A stretch of DNA of 37,116 bases from contig JBNKNM010000035.1 of NCBI GenBank assembly GCA_050293845.1, forward strand, positions 1-37,116, given 5' to 3'. The DNA is from Pseudobacteriovorax sp. GTDB lineage: Bacteria; Bdellovibrionota_B; Oligoflexia; Oligoflexales; Oligoflexaceae. Below the pieces are notes generated by a model. That model did not search any database, had not been told where the DNA came from, and saw only the letters and a program-made list of their open reading frames with translations. How positions within the stretch are numbered: the stretch's first letter is position 1; the number at the start of each line of letters is the position of its first letter. Positions 15,778-25,297 of this stretch are shown piece after piece. The translations under genes and the position numbers were made by a program.

Positions 15778-16895
15778 AAAAGAAGAAAACTCTAATTGCC
15801 ATTAACAAAGCTGGTTATGAGCGAAAGAACTTTAGCATTCATATAAAAGAACCGACTACTGGTTGGAGGAAGTACGAACATCCCGACATTGACCTTTTGA
15901 ATTCTCGATTTTCATCAGGAAAGATTTCATATGATGATTGTTTTAAACATATTAAGGAAATTAGAGATGAACTTTATAGGGTTAGAGATAGTGATGTGAA
16001 TCGTGTTTTGGATGATAATAGACGAATAGCAGACGAATATTATGCTTTTAAATACCTGAAGAAAAGTAAACAACGTAGGTTGGCGAAAAGTACGTTAGAA
16101 TCTACATATAACGACCTAACTCGTGCAATATCGTCAATCGGTCAACTAAGCCTACAGTTTACTAAGATAGAGAAGCTACAAGAAGAGGTTGATAAGTATT
16201 ATGAGGATTACACAACAACTACTCCTCATGCGAAATCAGTAATGCGTCTAAATGCTTTGTTAAAATTCATGGGTAGACCAGAAAGAGATCGGTTAGAGTC
16301 GCTCCCCCAGGATTATACCGAAGTCAAAAATCTTTCATTTGAAGAGGCGAAATCAGTAATTACTTCCTTAGATGGAATCGACAGAACCCTTTCAGAAATT
16401 GCTTATTTCTCAGGTCTTAGGCTTGGTGAAATTTTTAGTCTAACTTCTAAGAAAATTCGTAAGGTTAGTGGAGGCTATGCTTTTTTGGTAGATTCTCAAA
16501 TGCTCAGGTCAGGTGAAATTACTCTGCCCAAGAGAAGAAAAATTAGGAGAGTTTTTGCACTACAGGGATGTAAGAAATCCATTGAACAGTGGGTAGATAT
16601 TGGCATGGATGAAAGGAGGAATTATAGGAATAGGAAAGTGTCACAGGTAGTCCAGTCTGCTTGCATAATGCAGGATACTTCCCAAACTATTTCGTTCAAA
16701 GACTGGCGTCATTGTTACGCAATTAATCTATTGAATGGTGGTGCCACTATAAGTCAAGTAGCCAGCAATCTTGGCAACTCAGAGGCAGTGTGTAAAAAGC
16801 ATTATATTGGATATATTTTGACTAATGATGGAATCGATATTATTGCGAAGAATTTTCAGGAAAGTGGGGCTGGAATTTCAAATTTTGATGTCTAA
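15774..16895 (+). CDS. int: Tyrosine recombinase / phage integrase
   Basis: SGLRLGEI (R), PKRRK (K), KDWRH (R), LGNS, KHY (Y); 71 bp from the tRNA 3' end. Confidence 0.92.
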   Translation: MKKKKTLIAINKAGYERKNFSIHIKEPTTGWRKYEHPDIDLLNSRFSSGKISYDDCFKHIKEIRDELYRVRDSDVNRVLDDNRRIADEYYAFKYLKKSKQRRLAKSTLESTYNDLTRAISSIGQLSLQFTKIEKLQEEVDKYYEDYTTTTPHAKSVMRLNALLKFMGRPERDRLESLPQDYTEVKNLSFEEAKSVITSLDGIDRTLSEIAYFSGLRLGEIFSLTSKKIRKVSGGYAFLVDSQMLRSGEITLPKRRKIRRVFALQGCKKSIEQWVDIGMDERRNYRNRKVSQVVQSACIMQDTSQTISFKDWRHCYAINLLNGGATISQVASNLGNSEAVCKKHYIGYILTNDGIDIIAKNFQESGAGISNFDV

Positions 16896-16923
16896 GCGGT
16901 TGGTTTGAAATCTCTAAGCAGTT
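16891..16923 (+). repeat. 11-bp direct repeat TCTAAGCRGTT x2 in the att arm
   Basis: 16891-16901 TCTAAGCGGTT and 16913-16923 TCTAAGCAGTT. Confidence 0.55.
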
Positions 16924-16966
16924 TTTTTGTCTTACTGTACTTAACATATTGAATTTAAAAAACTTT

Positions 16967-17043
16967 TGGTAGCGAGGACGAGAATTGAACTCGTGACCTC
17001 AGGATTATGAATCCTGCGCTCTAACCAACTGAGCTACCTCGCC
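16967..17043 (-). tRNA. tRNA-Met (CAT), elongator type
   Basis: GGCGAGGTAGCTCAGTTGGTTAGAGCGCAGGATTCATAATCCTGAGGTCACGAGTTCAATTCTCGTCCTCGCTACCA; 77 nt cloverleaf, encoded CCA, no initiator GGG/CCC anticodon stem. Confidence 0.95.
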
Positions 17044-17057
17044 AGAAGAGGGATTCC

Positions 17058-17087
17058 ATTAATAAATATTTCCTCAGTAATTGTCAA
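17058..17087 (-). promoter_or_regulatory. Candidate sigma70 promoter of tRNA-Met
   Basis: TTGACA (17087-17082), 17 bp, TATTAAT. Confidence 0.55.
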
Positions 17088-17162
17088 CAGCTTCTACCAA
17101 TGAATCCCCTAGAAAGAAAATCTTTACCGCCCAGGAGACTGGCTCAGCAAAGCTGAGCCCTA

Positions 17163-20100
17163 TTACCGACGATACGGTGGCAAAGATAATAGCTCATGAC
17201 TATGGATAAAGTCAGGACTACGATCTAATGCCTGGGACAATGCCGTCACATTTTCCATATTAGTGAGCAAAGAGCAGCCATACCTTACCGCAGCTTGTCT
17301 GATCTTAGAGCCATTGGTCAGTTCCTTACGCTGAGAACTCTTCGGAATATTAATGACAAAGTCCACCAGTCCACCCTTTATGACCTGAAGAACATCATGA
17401 TCTCCCTCACCGGGCCAGTCTAAGGCGGTTACTTTGATATTATGCTCCTTGAGGTACTGCGCAGTGCCCTTGGTTGCAAATAGGGGAATGCCTAATCTTT
17501 CGAAAATACGTGCGGCCGGAAGAAAGCGTAGCTTTGTTTCTTCAGATCCAGAACTCACCAAAACCCCTTTCTTCGGGGGATGAACTCCTGAGGCTTCTAA
17601 TGCCAGCAGCAACGCCGCATCAAAGCTTTCTCCGATACACCCAACCTCTCCCGTTGAAGCCATCTCAACACCCAATATGGGATCGACACCACCTAAACGC
17701 TTAAAGCTAAACATGGCAGCCTTCACGCCCACATAGGGTAGGTCATCCTCATTAAATCGCGACAAGTTTGGTACGCCGCCAATCATAATTTCTGTGGCGG
17801 TATCGGCAAGATTGAGCCCCACAGCCTTCGATACAAAAGGAAAGGACCTCGCCGCACGGGCATTACATTCAATAACCTTAATCTGGTTCTCTTTAGCAAG
17901 AAATTGCATATTGAAAGGACCATTCAAGTTGAGGCCCTTGGCTATCATACGGCCAAAACGTCTTACTTGTCGCACCGTCTCCACATAAAGTCTCTGGGCT
18001 GGCACCACCATGGTGGCGTCCCCCGAATGCACACCAGCATTCTCGACATGTTCACTGACAATGGCGGTTAGAATTTCCCCGTTCTTAGCGACTCCATCAA
18101 GCTCAACCTCACGCGCCCCTTCAATAAATTCGGTGATCACGACAGGGTGGTCAGGGGAAACATCAACCGCTTGCGTAAGGCACAACTTAAGCGACTCATG
18201 GTCGTAGGCAACATTCATCGCTGCACCTGAAAGCACATAGCTAGGTCTAATCAGCACGGGAAAGCCCACGACATCAATAAAGGCGCTGACCTCCTTTTCG
18301 CTAGCCGCGGCTAGCCACCGGGGTTGGCCAATTCCCAAGTCATCAAGCAGAGCAGAAAATTTGCTCCTATCTTCTGCTTTATCAATAGTATCGGCTCTGT
18401 GGCCTAAGAGTTTTATGCCCGATTCAGCTAATGGCTTGGCGAGCCGGTTGGGTAACTGCCCTCCCATGGATGCAATCACACCGACAGGACGTTCAAAGTC
18501 GCAGATATCGAGGATTCGCTCCAGGCTGAGTTCTTCAAAATAGAGTCGATCGCTGCTGTTATAATCTGTGGAAACCGTTTCTGGATTACAGTTTACGATG
18601 ATGCTTCGCCAGCCGCTCTGCTGTAGTTTGTTGCTACAACTGACCGCACACCAGTCAAATTCCACTGAAGTTCCAATACGGTAGGAACCGCCTCCTAATA
18701 CCACAGCTGAAAAGGTTTTACCGTCATCAGGAAAATGGTCGTCGAACATACCACCATAAGATAAATATAGGTAATTCGAAGGGGAGGGGTATTCACCAGC
18801 TGTTGTATCGATCTTTTTAACGACGGGCCGAATTCCCAATTCAATGCGCAGCTTACGTACCACCAGAGACACCCGACGAATGTCATCATTGGCAACATCG
18901 ACATTATTTTTACGCATAGCTAAGGCAGCAATTTGTTCATCACCAAACCCTAGCAGCTTCCAGCGACGCCAAGTATCTTCAGAAACTTTTCCAAAAGCAG
19001 CCAATGCAAACTGCAAAGTCCCGTCGGAAACTTTAACATCGGTACCGTGAGCCATAATTTCTTTCTCGGCATCAACGATTCTCTTGGTTTGATAAAGGAA
19101 CCATTCATTAATACCAGTAAGCTCATGGATCTGGCTGATGGTCATATCGCGGCGGAATGCTTCGATCACAGAATAAAGACGGATGTCAGTGGGTTCCGCT
19201 AGGGATACTTTAAGATCTGCATCACTCTGCTCAGAGCGTATCATGGACAAGCCTTCCGCATCTTCAGTCACCATACGGGTCGCCTTTTGCAAGGCTTCCG
19301 GGAAAGAGCGGCCAATGGACATCACCTCACCTACCGACTTCATGGTTGATCCCAGATTTCTACTGACACCTGCAAATTTTAAAAGGTCCCAGCGCGGCAT
19401 TTTAATGGTGACATAGTCGAGGGCTGGTTCGAAAAAGGAGTAGGTTACTCCGGTAACAGGGTTTTTGAGTTCAATGAGATCATATCCTAGTACAACCTTA
19501 GCGGCTATATAGGCGATAGGATAACCGGACGCCTTACTGGCCAAAGCACTAGAGCGAGATAGACGGGCATTGACTTCAATGATATAGAATTCAAGGGAGT
19601 GAGGATCTAGAGCGTACTGGACATTACATTCCCCAATAATTCCCAAAGAGTTTACAATGTTTATGGCTGCATTACGCAGTATTTGATATTCGTCATCGGA
19701 TAGGGATTGACTGGGACAAACAACGATGGAATCACCCGTATGGATACCTAGGGGGTCAAAGTTTTCCATGTTACAGATGGTGATGGTATTCCCCTCGGCG
19801 TCGCGCATCACCTCGTACTCGACTTCTTTCCAACCTTTTAAAGACTTCTCCACCAGTACTTGTGGTGACGAGGCAAAAGCAGGCTGGGCCAAAGCTATAA
19901 GCTCTTCTTTATTATTGGCAAAACCGCTGCCGAGCCCCCCCAGAGCATAGGCTGCTCTGACAATGACCGGGTAGCCAATTTCTTTGGCTGCAGCCACGGT
20001 TTCTTCCACAGTTTCGCACGCTACTGAAGGCGGCACAGGCATCTCGATGGATTTCATCTTTTGCGCGAACTCATCGCGGTCTTCTGTCATACGCAGGATG

Positions 20101-20480
20101 CGTGCCGGGGTTCCTAAGTTCAGAACTTGATACTTTTCTAATATGCCATCATCATTGAGGGCCATTAGGCAGTTCAGCGCTGTCTGACCTCCAAAGCCTG
20201 CAACAATCGCATCCGGGCGTTCTTTTTGGATAACCTTTTCCACCCAGTGCTTTTCCACAGGATAAAGGTATACTTTGATCCCTTCTTGGGGGTTGGTTTG
20301 TACTGTCGCAATATTAGGGTTTACGACAATAACTTCAACACCTTCCTCTTTCATCGCTTTGATCGCTTGGGTACCTGAATAGTCAAACTCTCCCGCTTGA
20401 CCGATAGATAAACCTCCGCTACCCAGCAATAAAACTTTTGGAGTTCTACCTAGTGACGCAAGTTGCTTGATGAGTGGCAT
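17163..20480 (-). CDS. carB: Carbamoyl-phosphate synthase large subunit
   Basis: IGQAGEFDYSG, two ATP-grasp domains (IHTGDS, VHSGDA), NCNPETVSTDY, C-terminal MGS domain. Confidence 0.99.
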   Translation of the reverse strand: MPLIKQLASLGRTPKVLLLGSGGLSIGQAGEFDYSGTQAIKAMKEEGVEVIVVNPNIATVQTNPQEGIKVYLYPVEKHWVEKVIQKERPDAIVAGFGGQTALNCLMALNDDGILEKYQVLNLGTPARILRMTEDRDEFAQKMKSIEMPVPPSVACETVEETVAAAKEIGYPVIVRAAYALGGLGSGFANNKEELIALAQPAFASSPQVLVEKSLKGWKEVEYEVMRDAEGNTITICNMENFDPLGIHTGDSIVVCPSQSLSDDEYQILRNAAINIVNSLGIIGECNVQYALDPHSLEFYIIEVNARLSRSSALASKASGYPIAYIAAKVVLGYDLIELKNPVTGVTYSFFEPALDYVTIKMPRWDLLKFAGVSRNLGSTMKSVGEVMSIGRSFPEALQKATRMVTEDAEGLSMIRSEQSDADLKVSLAEPTDIRLYSVIEAFRRDMTISQIHELTGINEWFLYQTKRIVDAEKEIMAHGTDVKVSDGTLQFALAAFGKVSEDTWRRWKLLGFGDEQIAALAMRKNNVDVANDDIRRVSLVVRKLRIELGIRPVVKKIDTTAGEYPSPSNYLYLSYGGMFDDHFPDDGKTFSAVVLGGGSYRIGTSVEFDWCAVSCSNKLQQSGWRSIIVNCNPETVSTDYNSSDRLYFEELSLERILDICDFERPVGVIASMGGQLPNRLAKPLAESGIKLLGHRADTIDKAEDRSKFSALLDDLGIGQPRWLAAASEKEVSAFIDVVGFPVLIRPSYVLSGAAMNVAYDHESLKLCLTQAVDVSPDHPVVITEFIEGAREVELDGVAKNGEILTAIVSEHVENAGVHSGDATMVVPAQRLYVETVRQVRRFGRMIAKGLNLNGPFNMQFLAKENQIKVIECNARAARSFPFVSKAVGLNLADTATEIMIGGVPNLSRFNEDDLPYVGVKAAMFSFKRLGGVDPILGVEMASTGEVGCIGESFDAALLLALEASGVHPPKKGVLVSSGSEETKLRFLPAARIFERLGIPLFATKGTAQYLKEHNIKVTALDWPGEGDHDVLQVIKGGLVDFVINIPKSSQRKELTNGSKIRQAAVRYGCSLLTNMENVTALSQALDRSPDFIHSHELLSLPPYRR

Positions 20481-20482
20481 TA

Positions 20483-21592
20483 TTATTTGACCTCTGAAAG
20501 TATTTGTTCAAAAATCCAAGATGTATCGCGGGGCCCTCCCGAAGCTTCGGGATGAAACTGTATGCTCTTGAACGGTTTGGTTTTATGCTTGATACCCTCA
20601 ATCGTCTGGTCATTGACATTTCTAAACCAAACTTCCCAATCTTCTGGCAAGGAATGATCTTCCACCACATACCCGTGGTTTTGGCTGGTAATATACCCGC
20701 GCCGCGTTCCTACTTCATAGACTGGCTGGTTATGACTACGATGCCCATATGGCATTCTTCTTGTCGAGGCACCTGCAGCTAAAGATAGAATTTGATGTCC
20801 CAAGCATATCCCTAATACAGGGCGCTCTGAGTTGAGTAGGTCGCGCACTCGATTGCGTAGATCCCCCGTTCTGGTGGGATCGCCTGGTCCATTGGAAATC
20901 AGCCACATACTGCAATCGACCGTGGAAAAGTCACTATCCCAAGGCAGCAGCTCCACCTCGCAACCGTGCTCCAAAAGCTGACGAATAATATTCCACTTAA
21001 CACCACAATCTATTAAGCCCACTCGGGTTGAGCCACTTCCCAGCCGCTGTCGTTCCTTACAGGAAACTTCTGAAACTATATTATTCATACCGGGATCAAA
21101 GAAAGCGGAGGGATTTGTGGGGGTTAATTCGGGGCCATAATCGCGATATCCAGTTTCCCCTTCCGGCTCAATGCGCCCCAACAAGTTGGGTGTTGATCGG
21201 ATTAAATGAACCAAGTGCCTGGTGTCTAACCCGATAATACCAGGAACCCCTTGGGTTTTAAGCCAGTCATCCAGGGAGTGATAAGAGTTCCAGTGAAAGG
21301 CTTCGGGACTATCAATAGTTAGAATGACCCCTCCAGCCTGCGGTTTGATACTTTCAAACCCCCTTGGAATGGGTAAGCTCAAATCTTGGGGAGGCGTAGG
21401 AATACCGTAGTTCCCTATTAGGGGATAGGTAAAGCAAAGAATTTGACCAAAATAGGAAGGATCTGTTATAGCTTCACTATAGCCGACCATTCCTGTGTTG
21501 AATACCAATTCGCCACTTGCCCGAAGAGGGGCTCCAATCAGCTCGCCGCTAAAGCGATTACCGTTTGATAATACTAAAGTGCATTTTTGCAT
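20483..21592 (-). CDS. carA: Carbamoyl-phosphate synthase small (glutaminase) subunit
   Basis: TDPSY.GQI, SNGPGDP, GICLGHQ, SQNHGY, QFHPEA. Confidence 0.99.
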   Translation of the reverse strand: MQKCTLVLSNGNRFSGELIGAPLRASGELVFNTGMVGYSEAITDPSYFGQILCFTYPLIGNYGIPTPPQDLSLPIPRGFESIKPQAGGVILTIDSPEAFHWNSYHSLDDWLKTQGVPGIIGLDTRHLVHLIRSTPNLLGRIEPEGETGYRDYGPELTPTNPSAFFDPGMNNIVSEVSCKERQRLGSGSTRVGLIDCGVKWNIIRQLLEHGCEVELLPWDSDFSTVDCSMWLISNGPGDPTRTGDLRNRVRDLLNSERPVLGICLGHQILSLAAGASTRRMPYGHRSHNQPVYEVGTRRGYITSQNHGYVVEDHSLPEDWEVWFRNVNDQTIEGIKHKTKPFKSIQFHPEASGGPRDTSWIFEQILSEVK

Positions 21593-21742
21593 CTAGGAAG
21601 TTGCCTCCAACAGAAGTAGTCCCTAAAAATTGCGGTTCAACATAGCCTAACCGAACTCAATTGGCTATGATTTAGTCGCAAAAATAAAAAGAGTTTTTGT
21701 ACGTCAAAATGGTAGAAAATTGGGCAAAAGGAGTTCATTCAA

Positions 21743-22924
21743 ATGGGAAATAACCCAAGCGTTATAGTATATGCACAACGTACGGCCATTGGCAGGCTCG
21801 GAGGTGCTTTCTCAACAGTACCTGCTCCCCGACTCGGTGCTGCATTAGTAAAGGATGCATTGCAAAAAACAGCTTTAGAAGGGGGCAAAGTAGACGAAAT
21901 CATTATGGGTAATGTACTAACTGCCGGTGTCGGCCAAGCTCCAGCGCGGCAGACGGCCCTTTATGGAGGACTTCCCCACTCGGTTTGTGCCACCACCATA
22001 GGCCGAGTTTGTGGTAGCGGCATGAAAGCTGTTATGTTGGCTGATCAAGCCATCCGCTTGGGAGATGCCAATATTGTCTTCGCTGGAGGCCAGGAAAACA
22101 TGTCTTTGGCTCCCCACCTGCTCATGAACTCCCGCACCGGTTATCGATTTGGATCGTTCGAGGCTAAAGACTCCATGCAGTTTGATGGTCTATGGGACCC
22201 GTATAACGATATGGCCATGGGTAATTGCGGGGAGATTTGCGCAAAAGAATATACATTCACCCGAGAAGCTCAAGATGAATTCAGTCTTCAATCCTACACC
22301 CGAGCACGCAAAGCCGTGGAATCTGGTATATTTGCCGATGAAATTGTACCCATTGAAGTGAAGCATCGCAAAAAGACAAATGTTGTAGAAGTCGATGAAG
22401 AGCCCTTTTCGGTAGATCTTGACCGCTTAACCTCCTTACGCGCTGCTTTTGCAAAGGATGGAACTGTCACGGCTGGCAATGCTTCCAGCATTAACGATGG
22501 AGCCGCCCTTCTGGTATTAACGGATTTAAAAACTGCCGAAGCTCACGGTTTAACACCATTGGCAAAAATCGTTGCTCAGGCTTCTTATGCACAAGATCCC
22601 ATACATTTCACAACGGCACCTGTTGGTTGTATCAAAAATCTATTCGCCAAAAGTGGTCTTAAGAGCGAGGATATAGATCTCTATGAAATTAACGAAGCGT
22701 TTGCCGTAGTGACCATGGCCGCCATGAAAGACATTGGCATCCCCAGCGACCGCGTTAACATTTTCGGTGGTGCCGTTTCTTTAGGTCACCCTATTGGCTG
22801 TAGTGGCGCTCGTATCATCGTAACTTTGCTGAATGCTATGCGGCAGAAAGATGTAAAACGCGGTTTGGCAACCCTTTGTATTGGTGGGGGTGAAGCCAGC
22901 GGTATCATCATTGAAAAGATGTAA
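21743..22924 (+). CDS. atoB: Acetyl-CoA C-acetyltransferase (thiolase)
   Basis: VCGSGMKAV, NASSINDGAA, EINEAF, GHPIGCSG, LCIGGG. Confidence 0.96.
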   Translation: MGNNPSVIVYAQRTAIGRLGGAFSTVPAPRLGAALVKDALQKTALEGGKVDEIIMGNVLTAGVGQAPARQTALYGGLPHSVCATTIGRVCGSGMKAVMLADQAIRLGDANIVFAGGQENMSLAPHLLMNSRTGYRFGSFEAKDSMQFDGLWDPYNDMAMGNCGEICAKEYTFTREAQDEFSLQSYTRARKAVESGIFADEIVPIEVKHRKKTNVVEVDEEPFSVDLDRLTSLRAAFAKDGTVTAGNASSINDGAALLVLTDLKTAEAHGLTPLAKIVAQASYAQDPIHFTTAPVGCIKNLFAKSGLKSEDIDLYEINEAFAVVTMAAMKDIGIPSDRVNIFGGAVSLGHPIGCSGARIIVTLLNAMRQKDVKRGLATLCIGGGEASGIIIEKM

Positions 22925-22953
22925 AAAAAACCTCTCTGCCGAGAGGTCTTTTT
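22923..22953. terminator. Bidirectional Rho-independent terminator
   Basis: A-tract, ACCTCTC-tgcc-GAGAGGT, CTTTTT between convergent genes. Confidence 0.8.
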
Positions 22954-23026
22954 ATCAAATGCGCCGTAAAAATGCTTTCCTTCAATTGGTAATATCAGGC
23001 GCAAGCTCACTTTACGAGAAACTCAT

Positions 23027-23212
23027 TCACCTAGAATATCGCTGCTCCAAGTTTTTTAATTTAGCATCAACCCAAGCTATAGGGTCGAGACAGCGATTTT
23101 CATTTTCTTCCCGAATGCGGTCAATATACATTTTACAGCATGTTTTGCATTTCAATACTGGTTTTGTACTTCCGCGATATTCGGGATGCTTAAAACAAAA
23201 AACTCTCGTCAT
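23027..23212 (-). CDS. Small putative Zn-binding protein
   Basis: C-x2-H...C-x2-C-C pattern; GGAG RBS. Confidence 0.65.
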   Translation of the reverse strand: MTRVFCFKHPEYRGSTKPVLKCKTCCKMYIDRIREENENRCLDPIAWVDAKLKNLEQRYSR

Positions 23213-23304
23213 GGTATCTCCGAACTCCGTGTCAGCAGATAGATTACATTAACAGCTATAAAGCAACTAGTACAATTTAGCATTTTCCATGCCAGCAAAA
23301 CTAA

Positions 23305-25221
23305 TTAGGAAATTTCAAGCTTTTCTTTTTCATTTTGAATATTTAAAAGTTTTTGCAGCAAGGTCATGGTGAATCGCTTGTATACTTTTCTCGCAATTGT
23401 TCCATTATTGTCCAGTAAACCCATAAAATCAGCGCGTTTGACGGAAAATAATCGACACTGCTCCCGTGCAACAAATTTTACCTTTGAGGGCCGATCCACC
23501 AGTAACCATAACTGACCAATAGTTTCTGGAGATTCCATGGTATCTATTTCCGTATCGATACCATTAATTCGTTTAAACACCCCAATCTTTCCTTTAAGTA
23601 TGAAATATAGTCCCAATGGTTCATCTTCGTAATCCAAAATGTACTCATTGATCTGAAATTCTCTGATATCTCCGATTTCTTTAAATAAGTTCTGCTGCTC
23701 CTTGGTAAGGTCAGCCAAGAACTTAGAGTCGTGCAATCCTGCCCAGTACCTTTGATCCAGCTCTGATTCCATTGGTGATTGACCAATATTAAGGGCCACC
23801 TCGTTGCCAGAGCGAGAAACCGATGGTATCACCGGCTTGCTAAATCCTGGTGGCGACGCCGTCGAAAAAATCGGAGCTGACGAGGGATAGGAAGGCTGTT
23901 CAGAGTGTTGTTTTAAACCGGGAATCTCCAAGCGATTGACTTCATCTTCTATATCCATCTCAGCAAGGTTATAGGACGACTCTACATCCGCCAAAGACAA
24001 CGCAGGTAAAGCGGGACCTTCGCGATCGGTGTCCTCTAATTCTTCAACTTTTTCCTGCAGTTCAGAATCCAGATCTCCCCCCCCATTAGCATTGTGATGA
24101 TTTAATTCGCGACTAGCGGTTTCTTCCATTTTAAAGGGGTTGTTGACATGATTTGTAGGAGAGATTTGGTTTATGGGAGTCTTTCCGGTAGGGCCACGTT
24201 TGGCGATTTCGATGCGCATTTGCGTCACTTGAACTTTAAGTCCAGCACGATCATAACAATAGGCGGCCCTTTCAAAATTTTCCTGCATTTTAAACGCTTC
24301 TGCCGCACGGACAAAATCGCCAAGCCGTTCAAATACCATACCGCAGTATTCATAAGCCCCAGCACTTCCAAACATTTCCCCAAGCCCTCGATTGTCTTCA
24401 TCTTGGGAATCTTCATGACCGATTAAGGAAGGCCCCACATCAAATGTTGTTTTCTGGTAGATCTGCTTGGCCTTCTCAATGTCACCTTTGCGAATCAAGC
24501 CTAGGATGACCTCAGTGACCCGCTCCCGCACCACCAAAATCTCAGCCAACCGTGTATCGCCATGACCACTAATAATGTAATTGATAATGACCTTGATTTC
24601 GCTCTCATTAAATTCAATACCTTCAAGGTTAGGCTGCTTATCCAAGAAGATATTATACTGTTGGATAGCTTTGTCATACATGCCCATTTTGATGAATATT
24701 TTGGCTGCTTCCCGATGCTTCCCGAGGTCCTCATAGCACTCAGCCGCACACTTATACTCCTTGGCCTCTAAAAAATACACCACCGCCGTAGACAGTTCAC
24801 CAATTTTACGGGCACAGCGTGCCACATCTTTCGGCATATTCGCTTTTTTAAAGCATTCCATGGCCTCTTTCCAAAAACCATGTCTGACATAGATCACACC
24901 GGCACGATTAGGACGGTGAATGCGCAGCAAAACATCGGCAGCTTCGTGAATGAGCTGCCCCTTCTCAAATAGGTTGACCGCTTCACGAATCATTCCTAAT
25001 GATTCCAATATTTTAGCGCTTGCTCTGAGATTGCCATTTTTATAGAGTTTGCGAGCTTCCACATACATTTTCTTTTGCTGGGGTGTCAGTTTAATACTGT
25101 CTGAGCGCCGTTGGCGTTGCTTACGTCGCTTATTAGCCTTGTTGTTGCCGAAAAGATTCCACAGCCCCAGACTTAATAAGCCTACTGCTATAATAATCGC
25201 CACCACCGATACCAAAGACAT
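23305..25221 (-). CDS. Membrane-anchored TPR-like repeat protein with C-terminal cyclic-nucleotide-binding-like domain
   Basis: N-terminal TM, AAECYE/AAEAFK helical repeats, acidic/Pro linker, LYFILKGKIGVFK...IGQLWLL cNMP fold. Confidence 0.85.
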   Translation of the reverse strand: MSLVSVVAIIIAVGLLSLGLWNLFGNNKANKRRKQRQRRSDSIKLTPQQKKMYVEARKLYKNGNLRASAKILESLGMIREAVNLFEKGQLIHEAADVLLRIHRPNRAGVIYVRHGFWKEAMECFKKANMPKDVARCARKIGELSTAVVYFLEAKEYKCAAECYEDLGKHREAAKIFIKMGMYDKAIQQYNIFLDKQPNLEGIEFNESEIKVIINYIISGHGDTRLAEILVVRERVTEVILGLIRKGDIEKAKQIYQKTTFDVGPSLIGHEDSQDEDNRGLGEMFGSAGAYEYCGMVFERLGDFVRAAEAFKMQENFERAAYCYDRAGLKVQVTQMRIEIAKRGPTGKTPINQISPTNHVNNPFKMEETASRELNHHNANGGGDLDSELQEKVEELEDTDREGPALPALSLADVESSYNLAEMDIEDEVNRLEIPGLKQHSEQPSYPSSAPIFSTASPPGFSKPVIPSVSRSGNEVALNIGQSPMESELDQRYWAGLHDSKFLADLTKEQQNLFKEIGDIREFQINEYILDYEDEPLGLYFILKGKIGVFKRINGIDTEIDTMESPETIGQLWLLVDRPSKVKFVAREQCRLFSVKRADFMGLLDNNGTIARKVYKRFTMTLLQKLLNIQNEKEKLEIS

Positions 25222-25297
25222 TAAGTTTTCCTTTAGCGATACTTTAAAAAGTATCGGCTAGTTATTAGATAATCTACAACCTAGGGTTGTTTTTGAG

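Larger units (their letters stand above)
1..16966. mobile_element. Prophage or phage-derived integrative element at the tRNA-Met 3' end; left boundary not visible (core phage genes 2048-16895)
   Basis: Integrase + xis + repressor abut the tRNA 3' end, followed by recombination, replication, antirepressor, resolvase, holin-like and gpZ-like genes. Visibly more AT-rich than carAB. No second copy of the tRNA 3' end (att) seen in the window. Confidence 0.88.

Noticed and set aside
1..16966. Second copy of the tRNA-Met 3' end (distal att)
   Set aside because: Not found by eye; probably outside the window or lost.
16967..17043. tRNA-Ile2 or initiator tRNA-fMet
   Set aside because: Lacks the C1:A72 mismatch and three G-C anticodon pairs of fMet; the acceptor stem resembles elongator Met. 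Ile2 is not fully excluded without a covariance model.
17141..17159. Hairpin GGCTCAGC-aaa-GCTGAGCC after carB as a terminator or REP
   Set aside because: No U-tract on the carB strand and only one copy in the window.
21641..21669. Inverted repeat CATAGCC...GGCTATG as a PyrR attenuator or riboswitch
   Set aside because: No PyrR loop consensus or terminator; could be an operator but unsupported.
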